Source: Oikopleura dioica (taxonomy: Eukaryota; Animalia; Chordata). Taken from it: DNA of 64,000 bases. A program made the translations under genes and the position numbers. Every line of letters begins with the position of its first letter. The first letter of the stretch is position 1. Below the pieces are notes generated by a model. The model made no database searches. It saw nothing but the letters and a program-made list of their open reading frames with translations, and had not been told where the DNA came from. The stretch is from positions 11,656,001 to 11,720,000 of the forward strand of contig OU015568.1 of assembly GCA_907165135.1 (NCBI GenBank), read 5' to 3'. Positions 33,292-49,396 of the stretch are shown here, piece by piece.

Positions 33292-36200
33292 TTAAATTCT
33301 ATCTACAGTACTCATCCGTCGACGACGAGTTTGAAAGCTCCAAATTGACATTCTCCATAGAACGGGAGCAAGAAGCAGGGAAAGCGTGGTGGTTGACTTT
33401 TAGGGATTCAAATTTGGCTCTTTTTGAAAATCTTTGGGTTGAAATTTCAGACCGCTCCCATGTTCGAAAGGAACGAAAATGATTCTGATTTAGTCTGTCA
33501 AACGCTGTCAATTTTAGCAACGATGGTGGCTTGTTTTTGAATCCCTTGGCAAAATGAGCAGGTAAACCTCACGCGAAATGATTTTCAGTCGCCGAGCCCG
33601 CGAACTGAGGACGAAGCAAAACTCGGAGATTTGAGCAAGACCAGATGAAAGGAGCCAGCGCAAGTGCTGTCCTTTTGGCGGCAACAGGACACGGAGAACT
33701 ATCACACTGGCAAAGAAAAGGGTTAGATCTTACAAGGAAGCGCCTGAAAGAGAGCCAAATGAGATTGCTTTCGGGAATTCATATGGGGATATTTTGGAAC
33801 GCTAAGGATAATTTATGCTAGCAGCCTTACACAAGATTTCTTGAAACAAATTTGTTCTAAGATAAAGGAGGATTTAAATTATAAAAGCATCTGCTAACTT
33901 GGGAGGGTGCAGTTATTTGGGGTGCAGACTTTTTTGAAATGTCTTGAAGTTTATTTACCTGATCACAAATTTGACTCCAACAACAACAAACGTCAGTAGA
34001 AGAAGCACAGTAAGCTCACCGACGACAAAAGACGGGAAGACATGAAATCCAATCGTGGCGAAGAAGACCACCGAGAAGAGATCGCGCATTCCACCAACGG
34101 ATTTTTCAATTTCGTGGACCTAAAATTCGCACTGATCAGAGCCATTTATTATCGAAAACACGAAAAGAAGTGGATTTACTCCCAGCGGACGGTTTGTTGT
34201 GAGTTATCAAGCATGTGCAACTGTCATGCTTCAATCTGTTATTATTAATTAACGAATTAATCTAATCCCTTGCCTAGGAGGGTTGATTTAGAGCGGAGAA
34301 TTCACCTCCAGAAAATTGCAATCACTGACCCAGTAATTAAATTAATTTAATCCCTAGATAAATTAGCTCTTACGACGTCATTTTTGGGATGTTTCTCTGA
34401 TCAATTAATGAATTTGAACTGACCTGATTCTCGGAGCAGGAACTGTTGCTAAGAGCAATAAGAAAGCCCCCAAGAAAGCAGCCAAGCTCCATCGAGATAC
34501 CAAACCATTGAGTGGTCAAGAGCATGGCAAAGATAACAGAAGTAGTTCCGAGAACTTCGACTTCTTTTGAAAACATCTGCAGCAGCTTGAGATATGCGCT
34601 GATGACGAATCGGTAGAAGAGGTAAAAGATGATCATCACACAGAAGAAGTTGAAGCATGTTTGGAAGAGGATTTTGACAAAGTTGAAGAAAATATCATTT
34701 GAAGATTCACTAGAAGACCCTTCAGCCAAAGAAGGCAAAAGAGCCATTATCAATCCTAAAACAAACATTATGGTCAATTTAGGTCTTGTTTAGAAGTTCG
34801 CACTGGAGAGAGCTTATACCTAATTGAACATCTTGCATAACCAACATGCCCATCAAATATTGAGAGCATTCTGCTTCAGGAGAGTCAGTACGCTCTTTTT
34901 CTTTGCGCTCCAAAAATTTCATCACAAGTGGAGTACTGCTCAAACTAAGGCAAGCTGTTAATGGTTTAAATGCTTGAGCCAATCAGATTTCACGAATAAA
35001 ATGACAGCGCCGCCAAGCGTAAACCAGTTCCTGATATAAACGCATATTCTTTAATATGAATCTGGTGTAAAATCATCGATCCCATTGTGATGCCAACGTA
35101 AACCTTAAAATTTGAAATAACTAACTTATTACTAACAATCAATGATTTCTTACCATAAGGCCAAGCATCATCATCGGGCCCTGAATGGCGACTTTCCAGA
35201 CATTTCTTATCTTTTCCGGCGAGAATTCAAGACCAGCAAAGAACAAAATGAAAAAGACGCCAAATTCGCCAATGGTTTCCACTTGTACCATCGATTTCAA
35301 GTTGTTGATGCCACTCGGGCCAAGAAAAACACCTGTCATGATGTAGCCAAAAAGTGGTGGCAGACCCAGACGCTCGCAAACCGCGCCCATGGGAAATGAC
35401 ATCAACAGTAGTGTGATCAAGTCCATTACGAGATGGTGGTCAATCAAGGGCGAGGTGGAATCTTTTGGCTAGAAAGAAGCTCACGATAGAAATACCGTAA
35501 CTCTCTCAAATTACCTTTGAGAGGACGTATTTATTATTCTGCGAGTCGACGAGAACATCAGAAGAGTCGATTTCCGGCTCGTCATCATCTTCAACTCCCT
35601 CTTTGTGAACGACAGGGTTGGTGTTTTCGCGAATATGCATGACAGCTTCAATTTGTCTCCCATCAAGCGGCGTGTCTACGATGTGCTCCTGAATTTTATC
35701 CTCCAGGACGTCTGCCGCTCTCGCGACGTCTTTCAGCAGTTCGTCGAAGACACCAATGGAATTGATCTGAGCGTCGTACTTCTCCATCATATCTTCTATC
35801 CCCTTCAATTTGTTGAAACTTTGCTCCTCGTGCATCGTTGCGCCCCGCAGAAAATCCAGCCTGTGCTTTGAATTTCCCTTGAGCTCCAACGGATTCCGAA
35901 AATCTGAAGTCAGCGAACGCCGGAGCCCCTCAATAGCATTCTGCATATCGCGCTCAGACTCTTTCAAGCGCGTTCAAAATTTTTGTTTCATTGTTTTTAC
36001 TTGAACCATGCATTGATTGGATATCGGTAAACAGAAGCCGGTACTTGTGGTAACACCTGCACCGCATAATTTTGAACGAAGCCTTTCAGTTCTTCAACAA
36101 ACATTGTTAGCAATTCGCGCTTGAATTTTTTCTCTTCATCGTTTAGGATTTCTGTTTCATTGACTGAAAAAAGCTCATTAGATTTGCACAGTAATAGCCG

Positions 36201-36637
36201 ATTACTTTTGACCATCGCCGAGTGAACTCGTTTCTCCAGCTCTTTCTTGAGAGTTGATAAAGCTGCTGGCGAGAGGTTGTCCATCGCAAAGAGCCAATTC
36301 TGCGTCCTTTCCTAAACGGGATAAACATTTCAAGATCAAGTCCTCCTGCCAAAATTTCCTACCCGAGCATCGTTTAGATCTTCAAGAGGGTCGTCATTTG
36401 GATCTTTTTCAGAGTTGGCGCGCCGGTGGTCAACGAGAATTTTCCACCTGTGGTCGTCTAATCACAAAATCAACCGGGTAAGTGAAAACTGACAAGTTCA
36501 ATCTCGTTAGGAAGCGCTTGAACTTGATCTGGTGGAATTGACAATACCTGTGCGGATCTTGGTGATTGGAGCCTTTTGGAACTGATCAACCAAAAACCCT
36601 GGAAAGACAGAAATGCGAAGAGACAGAACCGGAGCAT
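33292..36637 (-). CDS. TMCO3: Transmembrane and coiled-coil domain protein 3 (CPA2/Kef-like cation:proton antiporter), multi-exon
   Basis: Signal peptide [14 protein letters not shown] and a coiled-coil region. Then IDHHLVMDL...GPSG...[61 protein letters not shown] and [13 protein letters not shown], which match TMCO3. Confidence 0.9.
33397..33549 (-). other. Last TMCO3 intron, bounded by 11-bp inverted repeats, with an atypical donor
   Basis: AGGGATTCAAA at 33402-33412 and TTTGAATCCCT at 33536-33546. It separates EVYLLIL from [15 protein letters not shown]. Confidence 0.7.
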
Positions 36638-37663
36638 TCTCGGCCGAGAAATCCTTAATTTTTTTAAATAAAAATATATTTAATTAAAGAAGTGGTATAC
36701 TTTTTATCTTGATTATTTGTCATTTTTCTACTACACAAGAATCCAAAATATTTTATTTTAACTATTCTTTTAAAAATTCTAGAGACAAAAAAAACAATTT
36801 TAATTTGAGCAGATTAAAAGATTTCTATTTATAATAAGATTTTAAGAGTGAATAAATCATGAATTCATAATTTACCTTATGAAAAGTTTGAAGGAGAGGC
36901 TCGTTATGATTGCATTAAAAATCTTCGTTCTCTCAAGGCCATTCGCTGACCTTCATTATTTTCAGACGAGCCTTAAAAATTCCGATGAAAAAGGTAAAAT
37001 AGGGACGGTCTGAAATAAAATGGGGGAAATGAATAGGCGGATTCTTGTGTGTCTGAAGTTGGCGTCAAGCTCAACAAAGAAGTTTGAAAGTTTCTGATCG
37101 GATACTTGAGGGATCAGCTGCAATCATCGCCCTCCGGATTCTCCACGTTTATTTTTTGTCACGCTTATTTTACACGTTTCTGGTTCATCAACTACATAAT
37201 AACCGAATACGTTACTACTAGTATCAATGACCAGAATCACTTTTTTCATTTATTTTTAGATCGCACTCAATATTCCCTGTTTATAGTTAAAATAATCACC
37301 TTTTGCTTCTTAATCTTTTTTTCCGAGAAAAAGAGGTCTCTAACAAAACTTCTGCTATCTAAAAATCATCTTTCTTTTTGAAGAAAGATTTATTTTGACG
37401 GTTAAAAATTTCTAAATATCTTCAAATGGTCAGTCCGGCGCCAAGAAAATGCTTAAATTGCCCGTCGGCGGTGGCGTACGAAGCACATAAAAATCATGCG
37501 TGTATAATATTTTGGGTAATTCGAGCGAAAGGTTGATCTCCAAAGCTTTATTCAACACTAATCATGCCTCCCGAGCTTACAGTGTTGCTTTGATCTTCGT
37601 TGTTAGAGAAATAAAGGATTTTTTTCGGCAAAATTTGCGAAATAATGAGCGAGTTTTTCGGGC

Positions 37664-38280
37664 ACTGGTTTATTTAGAAAATTTGTATGAGGAGCTTCGA
37701 CAATTTGTCAAATGAAATGAAGGTGACTCCAATAAACATCATGATCCAAAAGCACTGAAAGCAATAAGAAGGGGTTCTTCTAAACTTTAGAATCTAAAGA
37801 TACTTACTTTTGCAACGAATCCGAAAAATGTCGGGTCTTTCCTCAGAGGTCGTCTTTTCAGACTAGAATTGGCAAATCTTCCTTGAACTATTGAGTCTGA
37901 ATTTTCTGTCAGTAGTAGATGGTACCTGATGATTGTGAGAACGAAGACATTCTTCTCATTGACTGTCGCCTTGTATTTGATCTGCTAATCGGCATATTTT
38001 TCGATATTTTATCTGTTTTCTCCAAAATGATCGATCTTTTTGAAATGGCTCGAGTATTCTAGGGCACTCTGAATAGGTTCTGACAAAACGATAAAAATTT
38101 ATTTGCATCCTGTGTGTAGCACATCTCCTGACTGCCGCAGCTCATAAATTTCAGACTGCAAATTCATCTTCTTGAGCTTGTGATGTAGAAAGAGTACCTG
38201 TGCGTACAGTAGCTGCACCTTGTATTTACCCTGCGGTAGAAAACAAGCTTATTTAAAACTGTGAAAATATGCGAGCCCAT
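37664..38280 (-). CDS. Small multi-exon protein with a C-terminal hydrophobic (tail-anchor-like) segment
   Basis: Short exons can be joined as MGSHIFTVLNKLVFYRR...KDPTFFGFVAK|FRRTPSYCFQCFWIMMFIGVTFISFDKLSKLLIQIF*. One internal junction is unresolved. Confidence 0.35.
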
Positions 38281-38665
38281 TCGCATAAATCATCGACCTG
38301 GTGAGGGGTTGAAAGTGACGTCAAAGTACTGTTATTTATTGCCTTCAGATTAAAAAGAGGCTATTTTTCGAAATTCTAGTTCTGACTGGAAAATACGAAC
38401 ATATCGGAGTTAAAAACAAATAATTAGTATTATTTCTTAAAATTTTATAGACAATTTATTCGATAAGATAAGCCTGATAGGCTCAAGCGTCAGTGTATTG
38501 CTGGATACATCTTTGGTGTGGTATATATTTTGTTTCCAATGGGTACTGTGATGGTGGTGGTGGTGTGCGCCACCAGCCTCGTTTATTCTACCTGTCTCGC
38601 GTTACGACTCACCGTAACATAACATCTGAGCAAATCATTCCCTTTTTAATCCGCGCAGGGGAGAG

Positions 38666-41006
<2,341 letters not shown>

Positions 41007-41786
41007 ATTTCATCCACTCGTAATTATTCTTGAAAAATTCATTGAAAAATAAACTTCCGAACGGAGCAGTAGTGATATTCTTCTGGCAAAATGTCACGAA
41101 AATAATTGATCTAATTCATTTTCTTTTTTTATGGTGATGATTCGGTAAGTCCGTAAAGTTCAGACAGTATTTTACGATGTAGAATCTGGCACCCGCCAGG
41201 GGGCAAACAAGCGCTTCTGAAACACTGACTTGCTTTACTCCCTAGCTACGAAGCAGGTCGGAACTTGCCTCTGGGCGCGAGTTCCTATTCAAACAGTTTT
41301 ATCATTTTCCAACAGGGAGCATTATTTGGAAAGTAGTCGCGATTACTGAGTTAACTTGTTGGCGCACAGATTAAATTAGTACTTCCCTTTTCGTAAAACG
41401 GGCTTTGAAAATCGGAAGAAGAAGTTGGAAATGAAAACTTGAGTCCGTCAAAAGAGACAACCGCCAAACAGAAAATTCTATTTATTCGAGGAAGAGTTGA
41501 TTCCGATTGAAATCAATAAGGTAAATCGCGTTCTATTTCATAACAAGGCGCTTTCCTAATGACGGTATTAATTCGGCTCTATTCTCACTTGGATCAGAGC
41601 GGATCATTACAGTGCTGAGCTATGTGTTCGCCGAAAACAAATGAAGTTCTGGATCCATTATTCTACCACTCTGAATAAAGGCGCAAGTGTTTGTTTAAAT
41701 TTCAGCTTTATCCGTCTAGCTCGGCTTTCGGATAATAAAATCACAAGCTTCACTTTCACGATAATTGATTTTTGATTAATGAAAAC

Positions 41787-44700
41787 ATGGCGAATTCAGA
41801 GATGGAAGTACTGGAGGGCATTGTGCATGGATTGCAGCAAAAGAGATTGAAACGGAAAGAAGATGAGTGGACAGAGAAATTTAACATTATCCAAGGAAGA
41901 ATTGAGGTAAGAAAGCAAAAGAGTAAATTCGGAAAAAAATGGTAGAAACGTAAAAATTCGAGGAAATTCTGACATGAAATTCAGGCGACACTAGAAGGGT
42001 ACAAAGTGGACACGGAACTACTTGAAAAACAATTGATTAAAAAGTGCTCAGCTATCAAATTCGCGGATAACTTAGGTACCATCTTCAAATTCACGCTGAA
42101 CTCAACTGACTTTTAAGAGGAGCTTTCTAAGCTCATTACTGATGCCTCGTCTAGAGCAGATCATAGTCAAAAGTAAGTAAAGATTTTTGTAATAGAGTGT
42201 CGTTGATTTTTTCACAATTATACGGTTTTTATCTGCGGAAATCATTTCCTCGACTGGTCAGTTTCTGTCATTTTCAGCTGCTGATAAGTCGTTTTTTTTT
42301 CGATTACTGTCGTTTTACGAGTTACATAAGAACTCTGGATACAGAGACAGATCACACACTCGTCAAATGCAGCTGGGGATTAGCCTTTCCCTTCTCGACG
42401 TTTTCGGACGTGGATCATGATCACCTGGTCTTTCATCTGTCCTGCATTCCTACTTGTATCTTTACATACTCATTTAGAACGCAGGTCTTTATCGTCGGGT
42501 ACCAAAATAAATCGACACAACGGCTGCAGGAAGGGGTGATCATGTCATGTTCTGTTTAATTGTGAATTAATATGTCAAACTTATATTGACTCAACTTTAA
42601 TTTCCTCATGATTTTTCGGGTCAATTTTGTGAACTTTAGTTTGAAATTGGTATTTCGTAAGAACTCAAAATCTATTAAATTCTTTCAAACGAGGATGGAC
42701 AGAAGAAGGTCAAACTTAACAAGTACGTAAATTATCATAAGATGCCGTTTCAATACTTCGTAGTTACAGTCAGATGGCTATCACTATTCTGCTTACAGAT
42801 ACGCTTTTTTCATGCAAATTTTGCATTTCTAAAATGCTTTGACATTGAATAAACGGGAGTCTTTTGATAAACTCATGATTATTTATCGAGACTTCAAGAG
42901 TTTCACCCTTTGAAGATGCTCAACGATGTTGTGGAGAATTTACACATGGCGTCACTTGACGACGATGACCCGTCGATGTCGACGGACTCTGGGCTCGGCG
43001 AATTCGACAACATCGACCTGACGATTGACGAGACTATCGGAGGCGTCTCGGAGGCCATTCACAAGCTTGACGATTTATCAGATGACATCGTCAAAATCCT
43101 CGAAGCAAATAGAACTGGTGCTGGGGCGAAGAAACGCCGAGTTCTAGAGCGAAAAGTCAATGCTCTGAAGACGGAGCTGAACGACTCAAAGAAGAAGCTA
43201 GAAGACATGAAAGGAGAAATAGCGGCAGAGCAAGGGAAGAACTTTCAGTTTCTAGCAAAAGTGAAAATGCGCGATCAAGATATTCAAAAATTGGAAAAGG
43301 AAAAAGATGAGCTTTTGGAAAAGGCTGAAGAAGTAATTTATGATTATTCGAAGAGGGCATTAATATTCGATTCTCTAGGCAACTGCCGAAATGCGTCAGG
43401 CAAAAACAGATAAAATGGATGTGATCTTCATGTACGAGGAGCGTATCAAGGAATTGAATAGGTAAATTTGCACAAGCGACATTTAGGAAGTGATTCTGTC
43501 AAACTTTAGAAAGATCCCGGGCTCGCGCGAGCGCGCCGATAAGGAGATCGCAACTGATCCGGTGCAGATCAGCGAAGCGGTGGAGGTCGATGGGGATAAT
43601 TTGGAAGTCCCTCAAGCAGTTCCAAGCAGGGTTCAGTCCGCAAACGTGTTGTTGGAGAAAAGTTCATTCGAAATAATGTACATCGAACCAAGAAGAATGC
43701 TAAGTGCAGACGAGAAGCACACTAAGTCGTTGATTCTGAAAGAAGACGATTTAGGACCAACACCGACGACTCTCTCACGCCCCACAACAGCTACCCAAAG
43801 CATTCAAACTGACGAAATGATCATGCCAGATCCAGTTGAGTCCGTCATCGTTCATCCGCCAAAGCCAAAGCAGAAGAAAGCAAAAGGCTCTGTGTCTTCT
43901 ACAAAAGATGATGAGAAACCGAAATCCTCAAAAACTGCGAAAAAATCAGTTAAAATGCAGAATTCAACAAAACCTGCTAAGCCAACTGTAGCGTCGAGCT
44001 CGAAAACGACAAAACCATTCGGTAAATATTTATCACCATCCAAATCTTAGAAGCTTCTTTAGCAAAGTCATCACCAAACATACAATCAACAGAATTAGAA
44101 CAACAAAAGCAGTCGGTGAATAGTCAGGAAAAGAAAGAAACCCAGGCTACGCCAAAGGCGGAAGTTCTCGAATCCGCGGGGCGCCTTTACTCAGCCACGC
44201 AAAAGACAACTGACCGCGCTTTCATCAGGTAAGTTTACACAACCTGAACGAACTAGAGTTTTCGTTAAGATGTTTTAACAAGCTTCTTTGGTTCTCTGCG
44301 GAAATCGAGGAAGTGCTGGGCATACGGAAGTCCGCGAAAATTATTCAAGAAAGAAATGACTTCGAGAGTCTTCAGGTAGCTATTGAATAATTTACATAAT
44401 AAAAATCATCATTTCAAATTCAAGGAAAATGAGCGCGTCGCCGAGGCTAACCGAATCCTTGCTCGGACCGAAGATATTGTCGAAAACTTGACAGCTGCTA
44501 TCAAAGCCCACAGTATTGTAAATGAACAGTTTGGCATATCAGAAGCAGAAGCCATGACAGATCTGGAGGAGAAGTACGATAACTTGATGGTCAAATATCG
44601 CCAGTCTCTCGAAGAACTGAAGAAAATCAAAAGAAAAGTCAGTCGGACAATATTCATTTTTCATAACAAAAATCTTGTTTAGGAACTTTTGCGAAAAACA

Positions 44701-46359
44701 AAAAGCGAATCGCATGTACAGCTCCAAAATGCAGTCCTACAACGATCTCAGGGCGGGTTCTTGATCACCGCTAAAGATTAATAGCTCTTAGAAAAACTTC
44801 CGAGACTCTGTATCCATTTCTCAGGCCACTCGGAAGATGTTCAAACGTGCGCAAACATTTGATATTCCGAAAAAGCTTTGCATAAAATACACTGAGTGAG
44901 TACTTAATGTCAAGAATCTATCAAAGTCGTCTGCCGGTCTGAATAAGTTCTTTGCGACGTTTGATGCCCGGCAGAGGAAGGATTCGCTCAAGGAAAGCGG
45001 AGTTCTTTCTGATTCAGCTTCCTCGATAAACAGGTCAAGGGTAACCAAATCAAGTTTATGCAAAATAAAAACAGTCGTTTCTAAGAATTTTTCTAACCCC
45101 AAAATAAGAAAGAAGATCTCAATTGACCTCGAGGATAAAACGCAAAAAGCTCCTCCTCGGGTTTCATACGTTTCTTCGAGCTCTGGAATCGTGACGAAAC
45201 CACGAAGCGACCGATTTGATACGATGACTCAATCGCTTATCTCTATCGAAGATACTGTCCAAGCTCCAGCTGAGCTACTTGAAGACTTTGAACGCTTCAC
45301 TGACGACTTGGTGGATGGAGTAATCGCCAACAAGCAGATATCGCAAATAGCCATTCCATTTATTGAACCGCAGAAAGTTGAAGGTAGTAAAGAAACAAGG
45401 GAAGAAGACCATGAGGATGACAACAGGAGCGTTTTGATACAAGCTCTAGTTTACTGAGAAATTCGAGTTTTCTCACATTTGATGAATTGAAAAAAACCGA
45501 TCGAAAGCGTTTTTGAAGCAAATCACGCTGACCCTCCAAATTCAAGAGCATCCGTCCGAACAGAAGTGATCGAAACAGACCACATCAGATCAGCACAGTA
45601 CACGAACTCTAAAATCCAAAAATTCGCCAACGAATGGTCACGTGCCATTTCAACTTCTGAGTACGCGCATGACATTCGCACGAATCTGACGAAAATGGAA
45701 AAACTTGAAATTCGACGAAACAGAATTTGGACCACGATGACGGTACAGTTTAATTCTGCGCTTTTCCGCTGACCTTGCGAATTTAGGAAGAGATTTACCG
45801 ACTGCGCCACGCGATTCGCTACCAGATTCGCAAAGCCACGAAGGATTTGCGAATTAGAACGATTCGAAAGTTCCAGCCCGATCTATTAAATGTAAGCTGA
45901 TCCTTTCTGTCGTCCTCGAGGTCTGTTTTTAGTTGTTCATTTCTGGTGAAAAGTTTAAAAACCAGCCGGAATCATCCAAGGCCCCAACTCATTCAAGAGC
46001 GGGTCATCTTCTCCGAGGTCGTCTAACCGAACTGTAAGATCAAAATAATGAATGCCATTATTGATTTCAATAGATCACGTGGATTTCAAGTCGACAGTTT
46101 CGATGATTTCCAGCTCACCGGATCCAGCTGTCTTCTTTCAAGTCAAAGGGATTTCGAAGCCTCCCAAAATGTCAACTCCGCACCGAAGCTTCCGAAGTTA
46201 CAACCTCCATCAGCGATTTCCTCTCGTCCGAGTTCCGGAGATTCAAGCCGGAGTAGACCAACACAAAGGTATGAAACTGCAGAACCGCCAGAATCAGCAT
46301 TTTCAAGCTTCCTTCAAATGGATCTTTCACGACGCACAATTCCGCACAAGCCGATCTGA
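41787..46359 (+). CDS. Long coiled-coil / low-complexity protein, uncharacterised (could be two genes)
   Basis: MANSEMEVLEGIVHGLQQKRLKRKEDEW..., then ORFs 42910-43413, 43490-44050, 44383-44682, 45191-45457, 45566-45772 and 46048-46359. Several are heptad-rich, and they are separated by short intron-like gaps. Confidence 0.55.
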
Positions 46360-46616
46360 AGTTCAAGCTCCAACCCCACCCTTCCAAACAAGCTTTACCT
46401 ACTGACTGCTACTGTATTCCAAAAAGTTCACAAACAACAATAAAATCATCATCGTTCTTACGATTCGAAGTTTTATATCTCCGCCTGGATCTTTCTGTCG
46501 ATGTGTAATTGGCCAGAACGAAGAAACGGTCATATGATTGGTGTGTTCTAACCAGCGCATTTTCAGAGAAAGTCCATTTTCAATTTTGATCATTTGCGCG
46601 CTCTAGGAATTTGAAG

Positions 46617-49396
46617 ATGCTTGACGAGGTGCCCGTCGTCGTCCTGGACATTATTTTGTCGAAATTAGATTTTTATTCTAAAATGGCTCTTTATTCAACA
46701 TGCCGGGAGATTCGAATAAATATGTTGGGCAAAGGTCAAATACCGTTTACTGTTATTTATTTTATTGTTTTGGTAATTCAATTCTGAGAAAAAAACGATG
46801 ATTTATATCGGTATTTTAACAAACATCGATACAAATAAGGTAAAAATTAAAAAGCGCTCATTTGTACAGAATCGATTATCAGAGTACAGTTAAATTCTAG
46901 GATCGTTTATCGATAGCTCGGAGCGCTGATTTACTCTCTTGTCCTGCTGAGTATTTTTGATCAGCCAAGATTCATTCAATTTCGAATCCACAAAATGGAT
47001 TTTGACCTAGAGGAAGTTGACGATATCTGGGAGAGCGAATTACTTTCAAAATATGGGCCCTGGTTCAACTCTTCATAAATTTTCAACCCTTCGAAAAATT
47101 CATGAACCAAAATATAGCGAAGACTGGGTCAAACTATCCGATTTTCTTATCTCAGTAAACAACACTGAATTCGAAGATGTGCGTGAAGAAGTCATGACGA
47201 CATTCCCCAAGAAGCTGGCGAAGAAACTTCCCGACGAAGCCGCGAGATTGAAAATGCTCCGCTTTGGCTTTTCAAAAATGAGTGGCTTCAAGAAATACGA
47301 AAGTATCATCATCGATTACTCGACGCAAATCTCCCGAATTTACGACTGTAAGTAACATTATGTTTATTGCATAAATAAGTTTATTGAAAAATATCAAAGA
47401 AAAGCACCCTTAGGCTTTAGCAAGCTTATCAGCAACTCGTCCCATTCCCTTAGCAATATCACCAGCAGATGCGCCAGCAGCTCCGACGCCAACGAGACAG
47501 GCCTCTTTTCCAGCAGTTTTGACAAACATGACAGTCATGGGCTCTTTGTCTAAAAATTTGTTGCGCATTTCAGGATTCAAAAAAGCTTACTTGGGCTTCG
47601 CAAGTGCATTAGATTCTTGTCTGGGAGCATTCGAATAGCAAGAAACTTTTCGCCGTTGATTTGAGCAGCGGTGCTCCCTCCTCCAAGCATCTTTTTCAAT
47701 GGTGTGATTTCACTTGAAAGTTTTAAAAAACTAGTTCGAAAAGGATATTACCTTGCCGGAATTTTGAAATTAGCAGATGCCCATCGCTTGCCTGTTGCAG
47801 CATCGAAAATGCCTCCACGGCAGATTCCGTCACTTCCGACGAAGCCCCTAAAAGTCACTTTTGCTTTTATTTAGAATCAAGGAAGACCTACTTAGGCCCA
47901 GCAACATGGTGCTCCCATCCATTTACCATTTTATTGATCTCTTAGTGAGGCCTTATTTTTGATGTTTTGATGCAAAGCGTCTATTCTAGAGACTGACTAA
48001 ATTAATTCAGCTTGGGATAGAATACTCAGTACCAGCGAAAATTGGCCCAATCCAAGATCAATCAAAGGCCGAGTTTTGACCAAAAATATTTGTTCGCGAT
48101 ACAAAGAAACATATAAAAACCCTCGCTAAAGCGGCGCTGAATCTAAATAAAGGAGCAACTGAGGAGGAACTCAATGAGTTCGAGACGAATCTCAAGGAAT
48201 ACGTGACGACACCGACGTTCAGTCTTCCGCCGTCCTTTAGGCTTTTATACAGGTATTTTCCCAGTATTATTTGACATTTTAAAAACTGGGAAGGCTTTTC
48301 AACGGACAATCATGGGCAGTTGATGGAAGAATTGCCGCTACTCCGCTATTTGGAGAGGTCGATGTTTACGAGACGCAGATTCTCCCATTTATGTTCAGCT
48401 TAGGTAATTTACCTGCGATATCTCTTTTGTGGCTCACCGAAAAATTCAGAGGCTATCTTACTCTGGATAGAAAGCCAAATCGGGCGATCAGAAGAAGACC
48501 TTGTTGCTCAAGGCTTCATTCCTATTGCTGCAAGCCCGCTCAAATACAATGGCCGCGCGTTGATATTCTACTTTGATCCAAGTTCGGAGAAGATTTTTAC
48601 GCCGAGAAGGAATGTCCGCGCGGACGAGTATACAGGCGGCTACATCATTGCCCAGAACCCGTTAGATTTACTCAAATACGCGGCCGATGTTGTGACAGAC
48701 ACAGCAGGAAGAATCGATCAACACGAAGTTTTAAGGTAAGTAAACTATTGATAGTTTACGATACTTACTTTTATTCTAGTGAGCTGTCAGGGTACAGGAA
48801 TCCTATTTCGCTCGATCAAGACGATTTTAATGTAACAGTCAGGCTTCGGTCAAAATAAAAATCTCCGTATAAACTAGAATCGAAAACCGAGAAAAAGAAC
48901 TGCGATGATTTTCCACGAGTCATCAACGAACCCAGATCAGTTTTACCATGCTTATGAGATAACGTTTGTGTCGCTTTTAAACTTCGATTCAACCGAAAAC
49001 TTTTAGTCAATCAATGCGATCGGACGCGCCACCGTCGAGTTCAATGCGTCTCCAACGCCGTTACTGGAAGATTGACGATCTAGCTGGCAACGTAGACGAG
49101 GTTGACGGCCCTGGTGTTATCGGCCAACACCCAGTACTCACTCCTGGCAAAAGCACACGTACGCTTCTCGAACAAGTTTTGCAACTCCTGAAGGACTCAT
49201 GAGCGGATTCTTCACGTATTGTAAGCTAATCGAAGGAGCGGTTTGATGATGACAATTGGCCATTTTATGACCTTTAACTCAAACAATCAATCAAACTGCC
49301 TTAGACGACGGACCGTCTTATAAAATGCTCAAAGTACCTCCTTTCAAACTGACATCGCCTACTGTAGATCAAGAACTTGGAAATACAATTGGTTGA
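46617..49396 (+). CDS. FBXO3: F-box only protein 3-like (F-box + SMI1/KNR4 + ApaG), multi-exon
   Basis: F-box [36 protein letters not shown]1/KNR4 AWDRIL...[14 protein letters not shown]...[15 protein letters not shown]. Apa[34 protein letters not shown] and [20 protein letters not shown], across an apparent 1-nt frameshift at 49149-49152. Confidence 0.82.

Noticed and set aside
41134-41220. Box C (GTGATGA) and box D (CTGA) pair suggesting a C/D snoRNA
   Set aside because: No convincing terminal stem and no guide complementarity I could identify. A similar pair at about 13463-13498 is too short.
42197-42559. 120-aa ORF inside an intron of the coiled-coil gene
   Set aside because: Non-ATG start, composition not protein-like, and no coherent exon model on either strand.
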